From positions 124,001 through 188,000 of IMG/VR virus record IMGVR_UViG_3300037010_003311: a stretch of 64,000 bases of DNA; one strand, given 5' to 3'. This document shows, piece by piece, positions 58,563-64,000 of the stretch. The number at the start of each line of letters is the position of its first letter. Positions within the stretch are counted from its first letter, which is position 1. The position numbers and the translations under genes were made by a program. The notes below the pieces were generated by a model. The model made no database searches, was not told where the DNA came from, and saw nothing but the letters and a program-made list of their open reading frames with translations.

Positions 58563-59868
58563 TCGAATTTTCCTTAATTTTAATTTTACCAGCGTTCCAT
58601 AAGGCGCGGGTTTTGTGCACCATCCGGCTTTCTGGTTCAAGTATTTTATAATCTACACCAAGTGGATAGCAACCAGAATCCAAGTCATATATATCTATCA
58701 CAGTGTCTGGATCATAAGCTATAAATTTATCTATTTGCTCTTTCCAATTGCTTAAGTTTATATCTTCATATAACTGAAGCAACCGAATACCGGCCTCTAA
58801 GCAGGCTAAAGCTTTTCGTTGGTGTCGGTACTTACAAAAATCGTAATCTAGTTGTTGTGAGCTGATCCCTATGGTTTCGTGGTAGCTATGCCAATAACTA
58901 CCATTCCATTCTATTGCCAATTTTAAGCTAGGTATCCAAATGTCTAGCTCCTGATTTGGTATTATGGTCCGTTCATTTGCTACCGCTGGAACACCTAAGC
59001 TTTCTAAATATGGTATTATAGCTTGTTCCTGTAAACTAGTTGCTGCGGTCTTGGTATATTTTATACCAAGTTTTTTAATTTGGGTATGGGTAGCTGGTTG
59101 TTCACAATTAAAATAATCCATACATGTTATATAATCAAAATAATTATCGTTTGTTATAAAATTTCTTTTCCAGAATTCGATATCGTTCCAATATTTAGCA
59201 TTAGTATAATGTTTACGTTTTGGATTACTTACCCCATATTTTTCGATATTATTTTTAATCATCTTTTCTTTAATATCTTTATTTTGTAAAGGTTTTGATA
59301 CACCATACTTAATTAAACTTGATTCCTGTTGTTTACGTTTAATTTCTGAATTAGAATTTGGACTTTTGGTACCATATTTTTCGATATTATTTTTAATCAT
59401 CTTTTCTTTAATTGCCGGATGTTGCATAGAAGTTGTATAACCATATATTTGTAAACAAGCTTCTTGTTGCTTACGCTTAATTTCCGGGACCGAATTCGGG
59501 CTGCTGGTACCATATTTTTTAATACTGTTTTGAACCATTTTTTCTTTAACCACTAAACTTTGAATAGGGTTTTCGACACCAAATCTATCTAAACTAGTTT
59601 GTTTATATTTTATTTTTCTTAATCTAATTATTTCCGGCCTCATTATATTATAGCATTCGGTTGAACAACAATATTTGAGCCCAGATTTTGTAGTACCTTT
59701 CGATTTCAAATTTTTACAATCCTGATTTAAACACTTTATATTTTCTAAAGTTAACTCAAATTTTAATTGATATTTTACTATAAAATTTAATTGTCGGATT
59801 GTTAAATTTTTTGCTTCTGGATACGCATCTTTAATTAATTCTGGGGTTAATTTATGTTTCTGTAACAA
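58522..59868 (-). CDS. Homing endonuclease-like protein (Zn finger + six KYG-type repeats + PD-(D/E)xK)
   Basis: ELDIWIPSLKLAIEWNGSYWHS; exact 41-bp internal duplication at 59234-59274 and 59372-59412. Confidence 0.8.
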   Translation of the reverse strand: MLQKHKLTPELIKDAYPEAKNLTIRQLNFIVKYQLKFELTLENIKCLNQDCKNLKSKGTTKSGLKYCCSTECYNIMRPEIIRLRKIKYKQTSLDRFGVENPIQSLVVKEKMVQNSIKKYGTSSPNSVPEIKRKQQEACLQIYGYTTSMQHPAIKEKMIKNNIEKYGTKSPNSNSEIKRKQQESSLIKYGVSKPLQNKDIKEKMIKNNIEKYGVSNPKRKHYTNAKYWNDIEFWKRNFITNDNYFDYITCMDYFNCEQPATHTQIKKLGIKYTKTAATSLQEQAIIPYLESLGVPAVANERTIIPNQELDIWIPSLKLAIEWNGSYWHSYHETIGISSQQLDYDFCKYRHQRKALACLEAGIRLLQLYEDINLSNWKEQIDKFIAYDPDTVIDIYDLDSGCYPLGVDYKILEPESRMVHKTRALWNAGKIKIKENSNGKKSKCSKICIM

Positions 59869-59870
59869 TC

Positions 59871-60773
59871 TTAAACTCTATTAATTTTAGCTTCTAAGTC
59901 AATTACTTGTTTAGTTAAACTAGTTACTTGTTGCTTTAAGTTTTGGACTTCTGCTATTAGTGGACCAATTAACTGTTGATAGTTTACCATATAATAACCA
60001 TCTAAGTCTTGGGTTAAAGCCTCGGAATCGCGTAATTCGGTGTTTAAGAGGCTTTGAGCAATGATACCATAATGCTTTTGTGGTAGAGCCGTAACTTTAT
60101 CCGCAGCTAGGTACTGGAACTTAACTGCTCGAACATTATCCAGAATGCCAGACTCGAGAGTCTGAATATTTGCTTTTAGTCTTTCATCCGAGTAGTTACA
60201 ACCACAGTTACCATTACACGAGCATACTACGTTGCACTTGCAGTCTTGGTCACAACCGGATTGATTAATTACCGTATTATTTAAATTATCTATTATTGAT
60301 CTAATGAAAGCCGCATTAATGATATCGGCGCCATCAGATTTATCTACTGGTGAGGCTGATAGTGTAGATGGTTGTTGCCAGGCATTTTGTAAAGCTTTGA
60401 CTCGGTTAACTACATCTAACCATAACTGACCATAAACTATATGCTTATCAAATGGGGTCTGCCCATTCGCATCAAGATCGATAGTCTGCATCAGCCCTCC
60501 ACCAAGATATGGTAAAGCATTACCAGCAGCATCGTGGAGAGGATTATTTATATATCTATTAATCTCTTCGTTAACAACGTCTACCAATGTTTTAATTATA
60601 TCGGTATCGTAAATAATATGTTGAGCTATTGGATTGCTATCATTTAAAGCCGAAAGTATTGTTGCTGACGTTGGCCAATTTACAACTTGTGCGTCGTCAG
60701 ACCCAGACCCTAAAGCATGTGCCGGGTCATGTGCATTTATATGGCATAAACCATTTGGTGTATTATCTGCCAT
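59871..60773 (-). CDS. Cys-rich protein with C-terminal peptidase S74 intramolecular chaperone (putative radical SAM substrate / virion fibre)
   Basis: CDQDCKCNVVCSCNGNCGCNY directly followed by SDERLKANI...YGIIAQ...VNYQQLIGPLI..VQ.L coiled coil. Confidence 0.8.
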   Translation of the reverse strand: MADNTPNGLCHINAHDPAHALGSGSDDAQVVNWPTSATILSALNDSNPIAQHIIYDTDIIKTLVDVVNEEINRYINNPLHDAAGNALPYLGGGLMQTIDLDANGQTPFDKHIVYGQLWLDVVNRVKALQNAWQQPSTLSASPVDKSDGADIINAAFIRSIIDNLNNTVINQSGCDQDCKCNVVCSCNGNCGCNYSDERLKANIQTLESGILDNVRAVKFQYLAADKVTALPQKHYGIIAQSLLNTELRDSEALTQDLDGYYMVNYQQLIGPLIAEVQNLKQQVTSLTKQVIDLEAKINRV

Positions 60774-62083
60774 TAATTCTCCTTTAACATTTTATGTAGT
60801 ATTCTATCTATACTACCAAAGCTTTTATAGAATATACAATTATTGAATTCATTATCGTTATTATATAGATTTTGTATCTGGGTGCTTGATGACTCGGGTA
60901 TTTCGGATGTACTCTGGTTACCAGTTCTAGCTTTATTTAATGAATAGATAGCAGCTGGGCACATCGCACAATACGTAGCGGCACAATCCGTACAAACTGA
61001 GTTCAAATTTTCAACATTATAATTTTCAGCTATTTTATAACGTTCTAAGAAAGCTACTATTTCATTGTATCCAGTTTCCATCAATGGCTCCATAAAATTT
61101 AAACTCATTTTTAAATCTTTGCTATCTTTAATATATAAAGAACCATGGCAGAAGTTTAATGAACCATCCACGTTAAGAGCAATAAGATTTGAACCAGCCG
61201 AACAATGGCTGCGATGACTAAGATTATTATAACCTGAGGTACCAGCCTTAAACCAACTCATAATAAACGAATTATACTTTTTATAAAATTGGTATTCTTT
61301 TTTAACTATTTCCGTAATTGCGGTAGTAAAATGTTTTACTAACTCTAGTTTTTTATTTACCGGTAAAATATTAACATAATCCAATGTTGGTGAGTACTGT
61401 ACATTAATATTCTTTAAATTTGGGTATTTAACCCGTATTAAATTGTCTATCTGATAGAACTCATCCCAAGTGTCGATTAAAGTATCTACCGTCTCTAGTG
61501 CTTGTAATGGTATCGTAGCTTTTAGGCTAAGAAAGTTCAAACCCGTAGTACCGGTACTACCAGTATCACAATAATCTTTTACTATATTTAAAAAATTATT
61601 CAATACTTCCTTTTTAGTGGATGTCCCGGTTTTGGTTAACCGGTATTGATCATTAATTACTTTACCATCATACGATACTTGGATAGTTAAACGATTTAGT
61701 ATATCCAATGATTTAAAGTGATCCAGTATCCGGTTAAGGTTCTTTGCATTATAACCATTTGTATAAATCATGAACTTAATACCATAATTTAGTTTAAAAG
61801 CGTTTGCTGCTCTAATTATGATATCTGGGTTAAGTGTAGGTTCTCCACCCCAGAATGTTATACATATGGAATCAAACCGCTCCATAAAGTAACTACTCCT
61901 TTGTAAAAATTTAATATTTTCAAAAATGGTCTCATAATCTGTAAGCTTGGTTCTATCAGTCTTTTCCCCCTCGAAGCAGTATGTACAAGCTAAGTCACAT
62001 AATGCCGTGGTGGTAATCTCAAATACAAACTCTCTAAGTACTTTGGGTTCAGGTTGTATGATTGATTCTACTATCTCTTTCAT
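60773..62083 (-). CDS. Radical SAM/SPASM maturase
   Basis: CDLACTYC, FWGGEPTL, TNG, VSYDG; CSAG...FCH...CTDCAATYCAMCPA. Confidence 0.93.
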   Translation of the reverse strand: MKEIVESIIQPEPKVLREFVFEITTTALCDLACTYCFEGEKTDRTKLTDYETIFENIKFLQRSSYFMERFDSICITFWGGEPTLNPDIIIRAANAFKLNYGIKFMIYTNGYNAKNLNRILDHFKSLDILNRLTIQVSYDGKVINDQYRLTKTGTSTKKEVLNNFLNIVKDYCDTGSTGTTGLNFLSLKATIPLQALETVDTLIDTWDEFYQIDNLIRVKYPNLKNINVQYSPTLDYVNILPVNKKLELVKHFTTAITEIVKKEYQFYKKYNSFIMSWFKAGTSGYNNLSHRSHCSAGSNLIALNVDGSLNFCHGSLYIKDSKDLKMSLNFMEPLMETGYNEIVAFLERYKIAENYNVENLNSVCTDCAATYCAMCPAAIYSLNKARTGNQSTSEIPESSSTQIQNLYNNDNEFNNCIFYKSFGSIDRILHKMLKEN

Positions 62084-62382
62084 TTTAAATCATTTAGAAA
62101 GTTTTCTGCCATTTCCGTTAATTTGGAAAGATTAACATCCGGTTCGGACTCTATATTAGAAGACATTATAGATTCTAAAATGTCTTTCATCTGTTCAGGA
62201 TCTATTCGGTAATCATTATCATCTACTTGCTTAAGTAACGCTTCCAAGGTACTCAGTAAAAACATATCTAAAGTGCGGTCTTCATCTTTTATATTAGCAT
62301 ACGCTAAAGCTATACCAACTGCGGCAAGAAAATACTTTTGATTTTTCTTTTTTTGTAACTCTATTTCATTTAACGGTTTCAT
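62080..62382 (-). CDS. Small helical hypothetical protein coupled between two SPASM enzymes
   Basis: 100 aa; ATGA overlap with the downstream gene. Confidence 0.7.
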   Translation of the reverse strand: MKPLNEIELQKKKNQKYFLAAVGIALAYANIKDEDRTLDMFLLSTLEALLKQVDDNDYRIDPEQMKDILESIMSSNIESEPDVNLSKLTEMAENFLNDLK

Positions 62383-62383
62383 T

Positions 62384-63526
62384 TTAACTCTCCATTTCTA
62401 TTATTGTTTTTAGTTGATTTTTTATATTTGTATTTGTTGTACCCTGCGATATTATGGCTAAAGCGTACTGATTTAACCTTTTGAATATATTGCACAGGTT
62501 TTCTTCTGGTACGAAGTCGTTTGTGACAATCTGTGCTAAACAACCTTTATCACATACATTTTTAATACTGCATGCCTGGCAAGTAGGATTGTTTATAGCC
62601 TGGTCATAATCTTTGACTGTAAGTTTTTTATCCATGAAGGAGTTACATGAATATATTTCATTATCTGGTCCTATAAGTAACTTATTCGATGGGGTGGAAT
62701 TATCAGAAACTGGTAGAACACCACAACTTGAAATACTAACTGATTTCATTTTGTAAATTATATTTTTAACAATCCATTCCCGGAATATACTTGGTATTCT
62801 ACCAGAATACATAGGGCTCAAAATAAATTGATATAATTCCAATAACTGCTGGAATAGTTCAGATACTGATTCATTATCCCAAATACCATTGTCGCGTACT
62901 AAAGTTAAATGTGGTTCTAAATTATAATTATCCTTAATCCATCTATAATTCTTTAAAATAGATACCCGCTTAATACCAGTTGGATAAATCATTGTATGAC
63001 AAAATGGTGCACAATACTTTAGTAAAGTTTTAAATTCTGGAGCCTGGTATTGTTCCAATACCCTAGTATTACCGCGCTGTGGTCGCTGTATATCAGTCCA
63101 TAAACCATCGAATGAAAATATGACTTGCACTGGAGACTTACGATATGTTTTGTCCGTTAATCGTTTTAAGTTTTCTTCCGTTGCTAGAAGCATATTACTG
63201 GGTAACTTATAATATACCTGATATGGTGGATGATCTGATGCCGAGAATAGTTCATCTAAACCATCTAGTATTTCTAAAATAAGATTGGTCTTCAATAATG
63301 GTTCTCCACCAAAGAAATCAATATATATTTTATTAGTATTTAAAACTTGGGTTGCTGGTTGCTTTGGATGGTTTAGCTTTTCTAAGTATTGTTGTATGAA
63401 CTCTATGGTTCGATGAGGTTCAATTGCCTGGTGGTTGCTATTATCAAAATTATAACAATAACTACAATTTAGATTACATTGTTTGGTTAGCATAATAGTT
63501 ATATAAATATTTTCTTTCACGTACAC
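62384..63526 (-). CDS. Radical SAM/SPASM maturase
   Basis: CNLNCSYC, FFGGEPLL, SFDG; CG...YSC...CQACSIKNVCDKGC...C. Confidence 0.93.
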   Translation of the reverse strand: MYVKENIYITIMLTKQCNLNCSYCYNFDNSNHQAIEPHRTIEFIQQYLEKLNHPKQPATQVLNTNKIYIDFFGGEPLLKTNLILEILDGLDELFSASDHPPYQVYYKLPSNMLLATEENLKRLTDKTYRKSPVQVIFSFDGLWTDIQRPQRGNTRVLEQYQAPEFKTLLKYCAPFCHTMIYPTGIKRVSILKNYRWIKDNYNLEPHLTLVRDNGIWDNESVSELFQQLLELYQFILSPMYSGRIPSIFREWIVKNIIYKMKSVSISSCGVLPVSDNSTPSNKLLIGPDNEIYSCNSFMDKKLTVKDYDQAINNPTCQACSIKNVCDKGCLAQIVTNDFVPEENLCNIFKRLNQYALAIISQGTTNTNIKNQLKTIIEMES

Positions 63527-63604
63527 TCTTTTGGTTTTTGATAATTTAATTAATATTTCTATAATATAGTTTATAGTGCTTGTGCTAGATCTGTGTTGAT
63601 CCAG

Positions 63605-63638
63605 CGACAGGAAAAGTGATTGGGCATAAAGCCCAATC
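63605..63638 (-). terminator. Intrinsic terminator after tail-fibre gene
   Basis: GATTGGGC/GCCCAATC stem followed by ACTTTTCCTGTCG. Confidence 0.75.
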
Positions 63639-63639
63639 T

Positions 63640-64000
63640 TTAAACTTTTAATTCTACGATTCCATCAACTGAATCACTTAAAGCTATTCCAATAAATGAA
63701 AATTGATAATTGTTTGGTAGGTTCCATCTTTGATAACCAACTGCTTTGCCACCATTACTTGCTAAAAGATATTCACCTTTAGCAACTGGTGCCGCAACTT
63801 TAACTGGGATACGACCTTTTAGTGCAATAAATGGATTATACAGATCATACATCTTACCGGTAGTTTCTAACTCTTCTGGTGATAGAGTACCAAGATTATC
63901 ATTCATTCTAAATGCTGGTTTCTTAGAAACTACTCCAGCTAGTGGCATACCTGGTTCAAAAAGAGTTACCTCCTGGCTTCCACCTATTGCTAATATAGTA
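63640..64000 (-). CDS. C-terminus of tail fibre with peptidase G2-like autocleaving chaperone; 5' end outside the window
   Basis: Frame stays open to the window edge: TILAIGGSQEVT...GVVSKKPAFRMN...IALKGRIPVKV...KGEYL, typical of fibre C-terminal chaperones in T4-like phages. Confidence 0.7.
   Translation of the reverse strand, partial: TILAIGGSQEVTLFEPGMPLAGVVSKKPAFRMNDNLGTLSPEELETTGKMYDLYNPFIALKGRIPVKVAAPVAKGEYLLASNGGKAVGYQRWNLPNNYQFSFIGIALSDSVDGIVELKV

Noticed and set aside
555-62135. All short plus-strand ORFs in the track
   Set aside because: They are antisense shadows of long minus-strand genes, with no convincing RBS or motifs.
47068-63526. Radical SAM genes as QueE of a 7-deazaguanine DNA modification pathway
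   Set aside because: None shows the QueE-type R..GC...C.WCD pattern, and I see no QueC, QueD, FolE or DpdA in the window; DNA modification by another route remains open.
11088-63615. CGACAGGAAAA repeats as a CRISPR array or IS ends
   Set aside because: Copies are kilobases apart and each is tied to a terminator-like hairpin; no spacer periodicity, cas genes or transposase.
1-64000. Stop-codon reassignment as in some jumbo phages
   Set aside because: Genes are full length in the standard code, and TAA, TAG and TGA all end genes at sensible operon junctions; no suppressor tRNA.

Overview
AT-rich segment of a large myovirus (distant T4-like or jumbo phage). Every credible gene is on the minus strand and uses the standard code. 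Positions 1-38 kb are the virion module: portal (missing from the ORF track), tape measure, terminase large subunit, tail tube and sheath, baseplate/neck candidates, major capsid protein, prohead protease and two very large virion proteins, interrupted by three related free-standing endonuclease genes. Positions 38-43 kb are an accessory block: PIG-L deacetylase, GGDEF protein, Tad2/DUF2829 fusion, two tRNAs plus one degenerate tRNA, and several structured-RNA candidates. Positions 43-64 kb hold a ~20 kb tailoring locus with 8 radical SAM enzymes, glycosyltransferases, a split transketolase, two SDR epimerases, a Dda-like helicase and a fourth endonuclease. The best candidate for a new system is an operon of two radical SAM/SPASM enzymes translationally coupled to a protein whose (C-x3-C-x)3-C motif lies directly before an autocleaving S74 chaperone, suggesting RiPP-like maturation of a virion protein. 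Non-coding patterns include a phage-specific terminator tail (hairpin-TTTTCCTGTCG, 8 copies, some degenerate), duplicated around both endonuclease insertions in the virion module, a 78-bp inverted repeat bracketing terminase, two promoter-like motif classes, and hairpin RNAs with anti-Shine-Dalgarno loops. All assignments come from motif reading by eye; no database searches were run.
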